Positions 1-12,300 of a stretch of 55,149 nucleotides of DNA are shown here, piece by piece. The stretch is from a virus. Taxonomy: Duplodnaviria > Caudoviricetes. The notes under the pieces are model-generated. The model was not told the origin of the DNA and searched no databases. It saw nothing but the letters and a program-made list of their open reading frames with translations. The first letter of the stretch is position 1. The number at the start of each line of letters is the position of its first letter. Both the position numbers and the translations under genes were made by a program. The DNA is taken from IMG/VR virus record IMGVR_UViG_3300037149_000085, positions 1 to 55,149 of that record; one strand, given 5' to 3'.

Positions 1-1450
1 GAAGTTTGGGAGACTTCAAGGGGATAAACCTGCCAATGTGCTTACCCATAATTTAGGAGACGCAATCAAACAAGCGCTGATCGATTCTAACAACCTCGAT
101 ATGCACCAGAAGTTGCAAGCTAATGGGAATTTAGTTCAGTATGGTGCTTCTCGCCAAATGACTCCAACAAACCCCATGCTTCAAGCACTGGATAATAGCG
201 CAATAATAAAATTCATCGCTCAAAAATCTGAGGTTCGGGAGGAGGACCTGTTGAATGATCCTCATAAGATGAATTCCGCAGCCGCACCACTCATGTCGTT
301 ATTGATGGAAAAATTTCACGTCACCCAAGATCAAGTAGCGAGTATAAGCCCAGCCTTCCATGGGGGTGTGTCCACTTTTGTTAACGAAGCGACAAAAGCG
401 CGAGGGGAAAATGAGTATGATCCAGTTACCAATGAGCAATACAAGAAGCTCGCGGCCATTGCAGAACACGAAGCCAAGATAAAAAGAGAGAAAGGGCTGG
501 ATGATAAGTCATTCGTAAAGTCTATTAAGGGGGAAGATATAGACAAACTGATGGGGGCGGTATCGAAGACGGCGGATGCGTTCCAGCTTGTAATGAAGGA
601 AGTTCAGGAAGTCATGGCGAAGGAGGTGGCGAAGGGGGAGACTAAGAAACAAATGGAAGTAGCAGAACAAACTAAGTTGGCAGCCGATATTTTTGCAAAT
701 GCGTTCCAGCATATGTTTAACTGGATTTCCGATGCTATTAATTTGTTCTCTCGTCCGTTACTTGACTTCCTTCATGCCCGTGGGGCAAAAGATGACACAG
801 CAGGTGAGGGCGCTGTAAATGAGTACAAAACTTATGCCAATGATGAGTACGTGGGGAAAGGTATCGGGTTTTTAACCAACCAAATCAAACAGTTGAATGA
901 GGATAAGAACACCGAATCCAATAAGAGCGCCCCAGATAAAAAGCTCTTATCCACATATGATGAGGCGATAGCAAATTCAAACTTTGCGCTTAAACAATTA
1001 ACTGAGGGTAGGGATTTAGCTAATCGCGGTAGTGTGATGACGAATACAGAAATTAGGGATAATCATAAAAAATTAAGTGAAGGGAGAGAGTTTGTTAATA
1101 CGCAGTTGACAAACACCACCTCTATTCCGGGGACAGTTTTTGATCTTCAGCAAAAGGCGAATAGAGAGCAGAATGCTACTGCAGCGGCACAACAGCAAGG
1201 AGCGGCCACTGCAGCGGCGGACGACCAAGCTAAGACTGACAAGACAGCGCCGTCTGGGACAGCGTCCTCCGGTGCTACAACAAAAACTCCTGACCAACCA
1301 AAAGGCCCGGTCACCTATAACAATTTTGGCACCGCGTACCAGCAGGTTCATATGAATAATGATTTGACCACTCGTCCGGCTGATTATCAGTCGAGTCCCA
1401 CTACAGTGGCGGACCATATGACAGGATTGAAGTTGGGAGGTACTCCGTAA
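1..1450 (+). CDS. Tail tape measure protein, C-terminal part (5' truncated by window)
   Basis: Long helical Ala/Lys/Gln-rich ORF open toward the window start; lies directly upstream of SLT, tube-initiator and hub genes, the usual myovirus order. Confidence 0.55.
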   Translation, partial: KFGRLQGDKPANVLTHNLGDAIKQALIDSNNLDMHQKLQANGNLVQYGASRQMTPTNPMLQALDNSAIIKFIAQKSEVREEDLLNDPHKMNSAAAPLMSLLMEKFHVTQDQVASISPAFHGGVSTFVNEATKARGENEYDPVTNEQYKKLAAIAEHEAKIKREKGLDDKSFVKSIKGEDIDKLMGAVSKTADAFQLVMKEVQEVMAKEVAKGETKKQMEVAEQTKLAADIFANAFQHMFNWISDAINLFSRPLLDFLHARGAKDDTAGEGAVNEYKTYANDEYVGKGIGFLTNQIKQLNEDKNTESNKSAPDKKLLSTYDEAIANSNFALKQLTEGRDLANRGSVMTNTEIRDNHKKLSEGREFVNTQLTNTTSIPGTVFDLQQKANREQNATAAAQQQGAATAAADDQAKTDKTAPSGTASSGATTKTPDQPKGPVTYNNFGTAYQQVHMNNDLTTRPADYQSSPTTVADHMTGLKLGGTP

Positions 1451-2962
1451 ATGTCAAACCCCTTTTCAGCGTATGGGATGCCTGATAGTTACTGGCAGAT
1501 GGCCCAGACAGCCGGGGCTAATTATGGGGTGGACCCTATGGCCATAGGTACCATAATGTGCTTAGAATCCGGGTGTGTTAATAGTAATACAGGTAGTTTC
1601 CAGATGGGAAATTTCAACCCCCTCGCTGTGAATTCAGATTCAGGAGCAACGGGGTTGATGCAGATCATGCCTGCGAACTTTGCACACCTCGGTCTCGACG
1701 CGGGTAGCGCATTAAACGCGCAAGACAGTATAGATGCGGGAGCTCAGTTTCTAGGAGATAGACTCGATAGTAATGGTGGAAATATTGTTGCGGCAGCTCA
1801 GTCTTACATGGGTTCCGGCCCTGTGGCAGTAGCGTATGCAAATAACTTCTCTACACTTTATAAGACGGCAGGGGGGTCAGACCCATCAACTCTCGCCCAA
1901 GCACAGAACGCTCAAGCATCTCAGGCTCAGGGAACCCCCACAGGAACCTCAGCTAATTTCAATCGGTCTATCGTAGCGGCTACAGGGCTGCCCCCAGTCT
2001 CAGCTAGCGCTGATGATGTCGCAGCGTTAATCCCTAAGCTGTACATCGAAGCCGGACTCGATGTAACCCCGTGGTATAAAGACCCCAATCTTCTAACAGG
2101 GAATCCAAGAGTCAGCAAGACTAAGGCACCCGTTGTTTTCAAGGTTATGCTGAAGCGAGACGGTAGTCAGTGGCTCCCGGTTAATCCCTCAGCTAATCCC
2201 ATCAATCAGATTCCGTTAGAGATTCGTTTGAACGCTTCTATGAAAGAGTTCAACATTACATCGAAGCATAATTTTCATCAGCAACAAACGCGCACCGGAT
2301 GGCACCTCACAATGTGGGGGATGCAGGCTGATACGATTGAGGGTCAGTGTACAACGGGTGTATTCATGAACCAGATGGGGTTGACTGATTTCTACAGTAC
2401 TTCGACGGTGAGCGATACCCTCCAGCAGCTACTTATGAGCGGGTATCGCTTTCGCTCAGCCCCTAATGGTCAGGTGATCACTACTTACGCCCCAGCGGGG
2501 ATGGGAGGAGCTCCAGCAGCAGGGCCTGTCCAACCGGGAGCGGCCTCTCCCACCACTCCCAGCGATTACACAATGCTGATGCAAAACGAGAGAGTTCCGG
2601 ATATTTCGGAGGCTATGCGTGTGGCAGCTCAGGACGCGTTCGTAGAATTTCTGTCCCTATTTAAGATGAACGGGAATGTGTGGTATCACAATGCGGGGTA
2701 CCAGAATACCGGACAGGATTTAACCCAAGCCGGGACTTCACTGTATTCTTCTACAACTGGTATATCAAATACTCAAATGAACGCCCGAAATAATGACATC
2801 CTGACCCGTGGGTATGTCACAATGCGGTACAAGTCAAACACGTATTATGGATTTTTTAAATCGCTCTCGTGGCAAATGAGCGCGGAAAAACCATTTCAAT
2901 GGACGTTTTCCTTTGTGTTTCAAGTGGAACGGACGATCAACCAGCTTTACTTACCGAGGTAG
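1451..2962 (+). CDS. Tail-associated lytic transglycosylase (SLT domain) fused to a tail-tube-initiator-like C-terminal domain
   Basis: SLT motifs CLES, GATGLMQIMP and AAAQSY in the N-terminus; the C-terminal half resembles the next ORF (QTRTGW..MWG, YYGFFKSLSWQMSAEKPF). Confidence 0.8.
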   Translation: MSNPFSAYGMPDSYWQMAQTAGANYGVDPMAIGTIMCLESGCVNSNTGSFQMGNFNPLAVNSDSGATGLMQIMPANFAHLGLDAGSALNAQDSIDAGAQFLGDRLDSNGGNIVAAAQSYMGSGPVAVAYANNFSTLYKTAGGSDPSTLAQAQNAQASQAQGTPTGTSANFNRSIVAATGLPPVSASADDVAALIPKLYIEAGLDVTPWYKDPNLLTGNPRVSKTKAPVVFKVMLKRDGSQWLPVNPSANPINQIPLEIRLNASMKEFNITSKHNFHQQQTRTGWHLTMWGMQADTIEGQCTTGVFMNQMGLTDFYSTSTVSDTLQQLLMSGYRFRSAPNGQVITTYAPAGMGGAPAAGPVQPGAASPTTPSDYTMLMQNERVPDISEAMRVAAQDAFVEFLSLFKMNGNVWYHNAGYQNTGQDLTQAGTSLYSSTTGISNTQMNARNNDILTRGYVTMRYKSNTYYGFFKSLSWQMSAEKPFQWTFSFVFQVERTINQLYLPR

Positions 2963-2965
2963 TTT

Positions 2966-4165
2966 ATGTCGATCATCACAAATCCCGATGGTACTACATC
3001 CACTGTTCTCCCTAATGGGCAGGTGGTGCCGAACGTTCAGCCGACCGTGGGAAGCATTACTCCCGCAACAACCCCCGCCATCGGGACGCTACCCCCGGCT
3101 GCTTCCTCCCTATATATTGACCCCACGGCAAACCCCGATCCTAATGATCTTAGCGACTTCTCCAAGGCAACGTCGGGGGCTACCATCCAGTTACCAATTA
3201 GGGGTGAGAAACAATTCATTCCAAATCAAGTATCGATCCCTAACCAGAGCACCACACCGAGTGGTGGTATTAACGCGTTTAGTGCTCAGCCTAACAGTAT
3301 CTTGGCTGCAGGACAAACGAACATATCCCGAGCTAACCCAAATACAGTAACCGCTAGCAGCTTCTACCTTAAAGCGGCGAAGGCAGCGTTTAAAGACTAT
3401 ATAACAGTTCGCATCCCACATCGAGGATTTGATTCGAGCGGAAACCCGAATCTTAATAACACCGCTACTTTTCGGTTTCTAGTCAACCCCACCACCATAC
3501 AGGTTAACAGGGAGACCATTGATCAACAAGCACTAACCCGCGATGGATGGCAGTTTGGAGTATGGGGAGAAGGGCTTGGACGAGTTAGTATGTCAGGAAC
3601 GACGGCGGGAGAATATTTCTCTCTAGGGTTGGCAGATGAATATTCCTATTTTACCAAATCATATCGCAACCTCATGGCCTTGACTTCCTTTTATGAAAGT
3701 AATGGGTATTTCTGGGAAGGGGAGCAGGCATTCTCGGGGACGTTACAAGGGGTGTCTCGCAAATTTATTAAATGCCATCAGGATGTGTTGTTGACAGTAG
3801 GGAACTTTGTTTGGAGCGGGATGTTCGACTCTTTCAGTGTCCATTTTGACGCCGAGAAGCCCTACTCTGCAACCTTTGAGTTGTCATTTATCTCATGGAG
3901 GGAACGATTCCTCTCAACATCCCCCTACGATAGCAATTTGTTGGACACAGATACTCGGAGAGGGCACTCTTACAGCAATTACTATACAACAGCAACACAG
4001 CAGGAGATGCAGAGACTTCAACAAGGAACACCTTCTATGACTGCATTACCTTCACCCAACTTCCACATGCCTAATACGCTGTTGAGCTCCACCGCTGCTG
4101 CAGCGATGCAAGCAACATTGAATTGGTCTCCAGCCCAGATAGCAGCTAAGGTAGACGGCAGTTAA
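2966..4165 (+). CDS. Putative tail tube initiator/baseplate protein
   Basis: FLVNPTTI..TRDGW..WGEG..SMSGTT..GMFDSFSVHFDAEKPY pattern typical of tube-like initiator proteins; paralogous to the C-terminus of 1451..2962. Confidence 0.55.
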   Translation: MSIITNPDGTTSTVLPNGQVVPNVQPTVGSITPATTPAIGTLPPAASSLYIDPTANPDPNDLSDFSKATSGATIQLPIRGEKQFIPNQVSIPNQSTTPSGGINAFSAQPNSILAAGQTNISRANPNTVTASSFYLKAAKAAFKDYITVRIPHRGFDSSGNPNLNNTATFRFLVNPTTIQVNRETIDQQALTRDGWQFGVWGEGLGRVSMSGTTAGEYFSLGLADEYSYFTKSYRNLMALTSFYESNGYFWEGEQAFSGTLQGVSRKFIKCHQDVLLTVGNFVWSGMFDSFSVHFDAEKPYSATFELSFISWRERFLSTSPYDSNLLDTDTRRGHSYSNYYTTATQQEMQRLQQGTPSMTALPSPNFHMPNTLLSSTAAAAMQATLNWSPAQIAAKVDGS

Positions 4166-4182
4166 AAGGAACTTATTACTAA

Positions 4183-6969
4183 ATGAGTACAAGTAATACA
4201 ATTCGCAATATTTCTCAAACGGCGCAATCTCGCGAAATAATCAAAACGAGTCCCGACGTCTTGGTGTACCTAGATAATTCTCCCTACATCAATAACTACT
4301 TTGTGAAAGATGAGGGTCAGCCGTACACGACCGTCAGCTTTAACGATCACCTCAGCTCGTTCCAAGCTAGTTATGACGTAGATAATCTAACCCCCTCGTG
4401 TAGCATCACCTTGATTGTGCCCGCACAGGATAAGCATCTTTATATGGCTCCGGGGGGAAACAATCTCATCGAGAGCATGATGCATGTAAAAGCGTTCGCA
4501 AAAGGATATTATCCCTCTAAATCGGGATTAGCGACGTCGTCTTCAGGGATTATGGTCAAGAACACAATTTACTATAGAGTCTTCAACGGTGTGACTACCC
4601 ACATTTCTCATCAGGATACAGGGTCTACCTTGACTATTTCTATTCAATGCATTGGAGTACTACAGTTTCTAGCGTTCACTTACCAAGACTTGAACCCCTC
4701 CGGTATGTCCAACTCACCTAATAAGATGACTGGGGCTATTACTCGTTACAACAATATGAATGTGTATGATCAGCTTGCGGCAGAGTTCGCTGAGGCACTT
4801 TCTTTTGATCAATTTCAGTTGAATGCGTTGACAGGGGTAAAGGCAAGTAGAGATGAGTTTTCAAATGCAGTAGAGAAGGGGTATATTAATAAATGGAACG
4901 GCATTCTCCTAAGTGTGCTTAAAGATACTAGGGTACTAGGTAACACTCTATTCAATCCGAGCAAACAGTCACCCGATAACCCCATACATCCTGTACCTTT
5001 ATCTAAAGATCAGTGCACAAATGCAACCGATGCCAAGGGAAGTGCAAGTAGTTCAAAGATGGCGTCGGAGTCCGACCGTGTGGGGAAGAAAAGCCCCACA
5101 GACGCTCGCTATGGGGATGGCTCTGCAGCAGACCCATTCTTAGCTACATTAAGGGAGTATTTACCAGACTACGGCGTTGGAGATGTAACTCTCGTTAATG
5201 GAAACATTACGTGTCGCCTCGACCGAATTCGCACTCTTACTCAAATTATTGGATTCGAGGGGTACCAAGATATTGATGGGATGATTATCTTCAAGCCCCC
5301 TCTCTATAATCTGGACGTGACTAAACTCGGAAATGAAAAATCACCTGCAGGGGGAAACACCCCCGTGGATAACATCACCTCCGATAACAACCCGTTTATA
5401 GTGCATCTATCAGAGATAGAGAGTGAGTCGGAGTCCGAGGATCAGGCTGCGATTAAATTCACTCGTATTAATATGCAGCCCGCGTGGACAAACTCGGGGA
5501 TTGGGCCAACTGTGGATATGACCAATCAAATTGTCACTCACACAGATATCCCAAAATTAATTAGATTCGGGCTTCGAGAACAACCCGCTACTCCCATTCC
5601 CTGGTTAAGATATCATGATAAGGTTGCCGCCTATGCATTTGCTGTAAGCGAAATGAATCGTCAGAACAGGGGATTCCGCACCTACAGCATCACGATTCCT
5701 ATGCGGCCTGAGTTGCGTCTTGGGTTTCCCATGTACATCCCTCACAAAGATATGTACGGGTACATAAAAATGGTCAGCCTAAATTATCAACAAGGTGGTG
5801 TTGCTACAATGACAATCACCTTAGACACCATTCGTAAGCGGCCAATGTTCAACACAACTAGCGCAGAGACGGGGAAGGATGTCTTGGCAACTCAACCAAA
5901 CTTGGTAATGCAGTGGTCAACTACCACGTCTGCAGCGGCGGGTGCGTATACCGCCGCCGCTAATGCAGCCTCTAACCCAACAGCTTTGTTCAAGCAGACC
6001 CCGTTTAAAGTGTCCATTGATCCAAACTCACTTTTGACAAACCCCGTGGCGACTTTGAAAACTCTGCCACAGGAGCAACCTACTCCGTCTCAACAAGCTT
6101 TAAGCGATTTCTATAAGAAAAATATGGGGACATCGTGGGCTACTGCGTCAGATACTGATGTGGCGTGTTTCCGCCCACAGGTGGATAAAGTAGTTGCTAG
6201 CGATTTGACATACAAAGCTGATAAATCTGTTGGGGGGGCTACTGTTACTGCAAGAAATGCTTCAGGTGGGGTGCTTAAGGTTGGAGCCCCATTCTTTACT
6301 AAGGAGAACTGGACTGGTGGTGGGTTGAATATGACCTATTACCAAAAAATTCTATCCTCTCAGCCTTACACTGATGAGAAGGGGTATGAATTGGTGACCC
6401 CGTTCCCGTGGGGTCGATGGCGCAGCCTTAAAAAGGCCTACTATGAGACCCGTGCAGGTATCATCCTAGACGCCACGGGGGGTAAGGGGTATTCGAATCC
6501 TGCAAATGCGGTGATCTTGGACGGAGTGAACGCCTTCTTATTTGCTGGTGTTAGTAACCCAACCTCATTAGAAGCGGGAGCACAACTCAGTGACGCTCTC
6601 ACTAAGGTAAGCCAGAGTGTTGTTGAGAATACTTCATTCGAGTTGAGTGACAACACCCCAATTTCCCCGACTTCGTCTTCGACACCCTCTTACGCCAACC
6701 CAGTCAGTGCCGCTACGGCTGCCGATAACACCAGCGCTAGGTTGAATGGGAATTCAACATCAGACGCACTCAATATGTTCTTAGCTGGAGGGACAAAGCC
6801 ATCCACCCCAATGATGAACGCCCTTAACACAGTATTAAATGAGAATGGCACAGGGGTAAACAGTCTACCAAGCACAGCCACTGTAAATGGAATAGGGGTT
6901 GCCCCAACAAACAACTCTTCTTCCTCTTCCCCTACGACCAACATGCTCACTAAGTTATTCGGAAGCTAA
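4183..6969 (+). CDS. Baseplate hub protein (T4 gp27/Mu gp44-like)
   Basis: YQDIDGMIIFKPPLY, FGLR and ITIPMRPELRLGFP motifs characteristic of hub proteins; position before the spike gene. Confidence 0.65.
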   Translation: MSTSNTIRNISQTAQSREIIKTSPDVLVYLDNSPYINNYFVKDEGQPYTTVSFNDHLSSFQASYDVDNLTPSCSITLIVPAQDKHLYMAPGGNNLIESMMHVKAFAKGYYPSKSGLATSSSGIMVKNTIYYRVFNGVTTHISHQDTGSTLTISIQCIGVLQFLAFTYQDLNPSGMSNSPNKMTGAITRYNNMNVYDQLAAEFAEALSFDQFQLNALTGVKASRDEFSNAVEKGYINKWNGILLSVLKDTRVLGNTLFNPSKQSPDNPIHPVPLSKDQCTNATDAKGSASSSKMASESDRVGKKSPTDARYGDGSAADPFLATLREYLPDYGVGDVTLVNGNITCRLDRIRTLTQIIGFEGYQDIDGMIIFKPPLYNLDVTKLGNEKSPAGGNTPVDNITSDNNPFIVHLSEIESESESEDQAAIKFTRINMQPAWTNSGIGPTVDMTNQIVTHTDIPKLIRFGLREQPATPIPWLRYHDKVAAYAFAVSEMNRQNRGFRTYSITIPMRPELRLGFPMYIPHKDMYGYIKMVSLNYQQGGVATMTITLDTIRKRPMFNTTSAETGKDVLATQPNLVMQWSTTTSAAAGAYTAAANAASNPTALFKQTPFKVSIDPNSLLTNPVATLKTLPQEQPTPSQQALSDFYKKNMGTSWATASDTDVACFRPQVDKVVASDLTYKADKSVGGATVTARNASGGVLKVGAPFFTKENWTGGGLNMTYYQKILSSQPYTDEKGYELVTPFPWGRWRSLKKAYYETRAGIILDATGGKGYSNPANAVILDGVNAFLFAGVSNPTSLEAGAQLSDALTKVSQSVVENTSFELSDNTPISPTSSSTPSYANPVSAATAADNTSARLNGNSTSDALNMFLAGGTKPSTPMMNALNTVLNENGTGVNSLPSTATVNGIGVAPTNNSSSSSPTTNMLTKLFGS

Positions 6970-6973
6970 TTAA

Positions 6974-9355
6974 ATGTCAGTACATGTAAAAGACAACTCG
7001 TTGATGTACCGCCCCGGCCCCACTGATGTTAGTAGGACAGAACATGCGCATCAAGTATTTCGCGCCCGAGTTCTCACCGTCGATAATGAGCGTATTGTGT
7101 GCACAATTCAAGATGTGCGTTCTAGAGCAATCTACTCCGACGTTGATGCTGTTCCGTCCCACGCCTCTTGTTTAGAAGGCACGGATATCCAGATGCCAGA
7201 AGTTGGCTCCAGCGTGCTCGCTGTCCCAATCGCCTACGACTCGGGCTACATGCAAATTGCTATTCTCACCTATGTTGCAGAGGGCACCATCCGAGGACTC
7301 GGAGCGATTGCCACCCGAGGTCCGGAGGATGTGGGGGGGTATAACGTACGCCACCGTAGTATTTATCGGAAGGCTTATCCCGGACAGAAGTCAGCCACAT
7401 ATTCAGGTGGGTACACAGAAAAATTTGACACAGGGTGGGATAGATCAAGTCGTGACCTTTCTCGTGACAAACTTGATCCCGACCGTCGCGAGTGGACTCG
7501 GATCACGGGTCGTAAGGTTTCCTACACCGACGCAGGGGTCTGTTTTACAGGCGCAGTAGATCGCGATGAAGCGGCAGGGTTGCAGCCGACAATGATGCCC
7601 GATGGAAGCCAGCAATACCCTGTATTCCTACAACCGGGAGCCGCCTTAACCGACCGCTATTTTCTTGGAAAGAATGATGTTATTCAGTTCTCAGAACACA
7701 TTGAACGAATTCAAGAATTCTCCCTCGACTACCCGCTTCCAGTAGAAGTATTGGAGACTGATCTTTTCGACGAGGTTCTAGGTACCACATCCAGCCCCTG
7801 GGGAAAGACCTCCATCACCAAAACGGGAACAATGTCTCACGACGATCAAACCTACGGGATTGATCAGAGTGTGGACAGCCCGTATGGAAAAGCGGGGCGT
7901 CTCGTCGTTGGACCCTCCACAAATGAGGGCACCACACCTCAACGCAGGGCATTCATTGTAGAGCGCTCCACAGGCACACTGGTGGGCTACAACCGCTTCG
8001 ACAAGGATACCTACGGCAAAGTCCTCAAGCCGACGTTGTTCACCCCCACAAACACAACCCAACCGAAGATGGGTCGCTTCTCGGCCAATACATCCTCCGG
8101 TTACGCCGTCGTCGTAGATTCCGCCGACCATTTAGAGGCACGCCTCGCAGCCTCTTGCCACTCGGTGAGGTTCCCCCACGAGTACAACAGTACACGCTGG
8201 GACATCACAAAAGAAGGGTTTGTTTCTATGGAGATAGGCTCTACTATCCCTAAGGAAAATATTGGCTGGAGCGGTACCTACGAACACCCTCACGGCGCTG
8301 GGCGTTCCCTTGAAGCACACTTCGTGGGGAGCGTGAAAGCGGTGATCGGAAAGAATCGGGATGAGGAGGAAGCCATTGATTTACAGGCACTTGGGCAGGT
8401 GGTTATTCGCCTCGGTGCCGACGACACTTCACTCCCAACCTCCGGTCGAACCGTGCTTACCCAGATTCGCGGCAGCAAAGACCTCGTTCAACCCCGCTCC
8501 CTTCAATACTGGACGGCAGCAAATCGAGCCCTTAGGAATCTAGGAGATGCGGGTTCGCTGACCAATAAACAAGCGGGGGAGAATATCAGCCTTCGTGGAG
8601 CGTTGGATGGGGGTATTGTGCTCCGTGTGGGAGGACGGGATAAGAATGTCAAGCGTAGGCATATTCAGAATGGGTACGATATTAGTGGAAATTACCTTGC
8701 TCCCGGCATCCCCGTCACCCCCGGCACCCCGGGTCGCCTTGACTCTAAGAGCCCAGATCGACCGACGTACCCACCGGGCGATAGTAATTATCAATTCCAT
8801 GATTTAACAACTGCGGGGCAATCCCAACTCATCAAGTCCAGTCCTCCGGGGCCTTTCAGCCCCTACTACTGGAGCGGAGCCCCTATCACTAACATGGACG
8901 CCCAAGGGCAGTCGGCTGATCTACATTTTGTCCGTGATATCTTACTCCGTATTGGCAAGAACGAAATCTCACAGCAGTCCCTGACGATGGACTTAGACGG
9001 TGGGATGGTGATGTCGGTCGGCATGGACGCACAGAAGCGTTCCTTCACTTTCTCCGCCGATGGTGGCGCTGAGATCGTCATCGGTGCCAACTCCCAGAAC
9101 CGTGGACTCCAACTAGAGATCAATGGCGACGTCAACATGTTTGTTAAAGGCAACTGGCACCAGACCATCTCTGGGGACTATGTTGTCGAGTGCACTAACA
9201 AGTTGAGCGTAACGAAAGTGAACAGCATTGAGACTTGCCAGAATAAACGAGTAGCGGCGTTGGGTTCCTGCGTAACTGAATCTCCAGTACTAGGGAATCT
9301 AGAGGGCGGCAACTACGACAAGATAAATGAATTGAATGTGATGGGTAGTGATTAG
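6974..9355 (+). CDS. Baseplate central spike (gp5/gpV/VgrG-like)
   Basis: N-terminal OB-fold-like segment (ARVLTVD..MPEVGSSVL); C-terminal beta-helix-like repeats (EINGDVNMFVKGNWHQTISGDY); follows the hub gene. Confidence 0.6.
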   Translation: MSVHVKDNSLMYRPGPTDVSRTEHAHQVFRARVLTVDNERIVCTIQDVRSRAIYSDVDAVPSHASCLEGTDIQMPEVGSSVLAVPIAYDSGYMQIAILTYVAEGTIRGLGAIATRGPEDVGGYNVRHRSIYRKAYPGQKSATYSGGYTEKFDTGWDRSSRDLSRDKLDPDRREWTRITGRKVSYTDAGVCFTGAVDRDEAAGLQPTMMPDGSQQYPVFLQPGAALTDRYFLGKNDVIQFSEHIERIQEFSLDYPLPVEVLETDLFDEVLGTTSSPWGKTSITKTGTMSHDDQTYGIDQSVDSPYGKAGRLVVGPSTNEGTTPQRRAFIVERSTGTLVGYNRFDKDTYGKVLKPTLFTPTNTTQPKMGRFSANTSSGYAVVVDSADHLEARLAASCHSVRFPHEYNSTRWDITKEGFVSMEIGSTIPKENIGWSGTYEHPHGAGRSLEAHFVGSVKAVIGKNRDEEEAIDLQALGQVVIRLGADDTSLPTSGRTVLTQIRGSKDLVQPRSLQYWTAANRALRNLGDAGSLTNKQAGENISLRGALDGGIVLRVGGRDKNVKRRHIQNGYDISGNYLAPGIPVTPGTPGRLDSKSPDRPTYPPGDSNYQFHDLTTAGQSQLIKSSPPGPFSPYYWSGAPITNMDAQGQSADLHFVRDILLRIGKNEISQQSLTMDLDGGMVMSVGMDAQKRSFTFSADGGAEIVIGANSQNRGLQLEINGDVNMFVKGNWHQTISGDYVVECTNKLSVTKVNSIETCQNKRVAALGSCVTESPVLGNLEGGNYDKINELNVMGSD

Positions 9356-9379
9356 AGGGGATAGTCTAAAGGATAATTT

Positions 9380-12300
9380 ATGAGTAGTGCAATTAACCCG
9401 ATTACAGGTGCAATTAGCTCCGCCACCAGCTTGCTTACCAACACGCTGACGTCCACTAATGGAATTATTAACACGGCTTCAGGAACGAGCGGGGCGGCTA
9501 CACCAATCTCTGACCTTAACGATAAGTTGATGTACCCCATCAGGTGCAAGGGTAATCTTACGTTGGTACGGGACGTCCAGAAATTTAATCCGCTGGGTGA
9601 TCCTACAATTGAGACCTATTACCACAAGGCATTAGAGGCGGGCCGATTCTCCGAGAAAAGCATTGCGGATGCCCAGCACTTCCTACAGCAGAAACAGGCC
9701 CTTTTGATGAAACACATCGAGGGGTATTTCCATATGAACTCCCTCGCGGTGGACGGGCAGCTTTCGGACAAGCCTAGGGCTTTTAAATACGTCATTGATT
9801 CAATCAACATTTTAAAGACAGTGCAAGCATATCAGAAGGAAATCATTGGGCTCGTCGGAGCTCTTACAAAGAATATTGGCATCCTCTCGATGATTGAGCA
9901 GAACATGTTGGGGGTGATTCAGCAGAATCTTAACAGCATCGCAATGCTGATGAATGAAATCTGTAATTGGTGTCTCCCAAAAAACATCTCTCTTCCTAAT
10001 ATTCTCGGAGCTGGTTTATGGAGGTTCAATGGTTTTAATTTTCCCCTATCCGCGTTCAAACCAAATCTGAAGTTCGATTTGAATTTTGCATTTAGTTCAT
10101 GTAAGTTGAGTGCACCTAGTGTCAGCTTGGGACAATCTTGCCCAAGTTCGGTTGTGATCTCTGGGCTTTCCTATGGCTCTGCTCCCTTTGCTCCCCCACT
10201 AGGTGGGGTGATGCCTACTGCTGATCAATTATCTGACCCCACATTTGTGGCGAGCTTGCTGGCTCCTTCTACATCAGCGCCAGTGTATAACCCGAGTACG
10301 AATCCCGCCGTGTTGCTGATGGGTAGTGTGCCGAACCCGGTTGCAATTATTTCAAACTACTCCATGCCTCCGGCTACCTACGCGGAGAACATAGTCTCCA
10401 TTTTACCAAGCACCCAGCCGCTCGTTAGTGATGTTGCCCCAACTGCAGCCACTTATGCAGATTTAAGAAAATTGCTGGTACAGAATGTAACTCTTAATGC
10501 GGTGGTGGCTTCGGAATTTGAACCAGTGTTAACCTCAACTTGGCTGCTGTACATAAACTCATGCCGTACCGGGAGAGAGGGTCAGTGGTTGCAGGAGTTT
10601 CAAGCATCATACGATCAATGGCTTCAGCCTGCTATTACCGAGTTGGCTCAAACCCCAGTACCGTGGAATAATGTGGTAGATGGAACAGGAACTGTCGCCG
10701 GACCCCGATCTACTTTATTAGGATCACTGCTGCTCCCCATGTCAATTGGGGACCAAGGTGCAATCCTGTGGAAATTGTCCTACATTGAAGCCGCCGTGTT
10801 GGGGTACCCTCGCAGCACGGCATGGGACGCTTACTCAGACTCTCGCTACATTTCTAGTTTCACTCAACAGGATTTGGATTATTCAACTACGGTGCTCACT
10901 TCCGCGACAGCCTCTATCTCCCTTGGCGCAAATGAAGCAACATACCCGGTCACTTGCACATACCCCACTGCCATCGGAAATGTACTTCAACAGGTGATCG
11001 CGATGGCAGATAAAAACATCCAAGCCAACTCCTCTTGGAAGAGCAGTCAAGCCCAGTTACGCTATACGTATAACCAATTCGCTGAAGCGGTAGAAGTGGA
11101 TCGGTTCTCTCAGTTCTGGCGCGAGTTTAATTCAAACTTGGCTACCCTCCTGGTGCAGGACCCTTATGTAGTAGGGTTTGTGGTGAGTTACCCGGCCTCG
11201 CTGGATTCTGCCATAGACCCACTCGGGGACTCATCTATCTACAATAGAATACAAACAGATGCGGCAACTCGTAATCGAAGCTGGACGCCGGGGACTCCTT
11301 TATTGCCTATCCCTACGGCACCTTATCTGACGAGCAACGCAATATCTTCGTACATCTGCCTGCAGGGGAACACAGATGAAGCGCCGACTAACACCCAGTA
11401 TTGGAGACCGTTTACTCCAGCCGATGATGCTTCTCTATTCAACTGGGTGGGAATTTGGGGAGCTAGTGGGGTGTACAATGTCAACGACGCTGTGTATTAC
11501 ACACCCACTGGGTGGACAGTTAACCAAGGGGAGTATAATTTTGACCCAGCAACGTTTCTCCTACGCCCGGATGTACAGTCACTTTCGATACCAACACAGA
11601 TGGCAATGTTGGACACCAACCAGACTTACGCCAGTTTGCTGCTGCAACAGAATAATATCTCTACCGTGGTTCAGAATGCTATCGCTACCTCCCAGCAACA
11701 ATTGGCAACTTTCCAAAGCTTCGGGTTTGGGGTGGAGTTAGATGGTAACCCATTTTTAGTGCCCGTGGGCAACGGGATTCCAGTTACGTTTGACACAGTT
11801 GATTTTGATTTGACCGGAAACGTGACTTCACTCTCCCAATTCACTATCCAAACAGCCGGAAACTATGCGGTCACCGGAGCTCTTAATTGGGATATCGGGG
11901 ATACCGGAACTCGCTCGGTTATTGTGCTAAATGGCACTACTGTGATGGCGTCCGCGTCTCTCACGGGGGCAGGACCAGAAACTTTGTCGTTTAGTGCTAA
12001 CTATTATTGTAATCAGGGAGATGTAATCACAGTTGTTGCCAGCCACAGTTTGTCTGTTGGGCAACAAGTAATTGCGGGGAGCGCCTTTAGCATGATGCAG
12101 GTCTCCACAACTGCAGACACTCCGGTTCCAGCACAAGACAACACCCCCGCACCCTCTTCAGGTTCTACCACAGCCACGTTTACATCCTCAGAAGCGTTCC
12201 CGGCACTTACAGTCGTGGGGGTTTCCTCTACGGGAACTATTGCTCCGATTGATCCCACTACAGTGCAATTTGATAGCAATGGTAACGCAGTTTATCCATT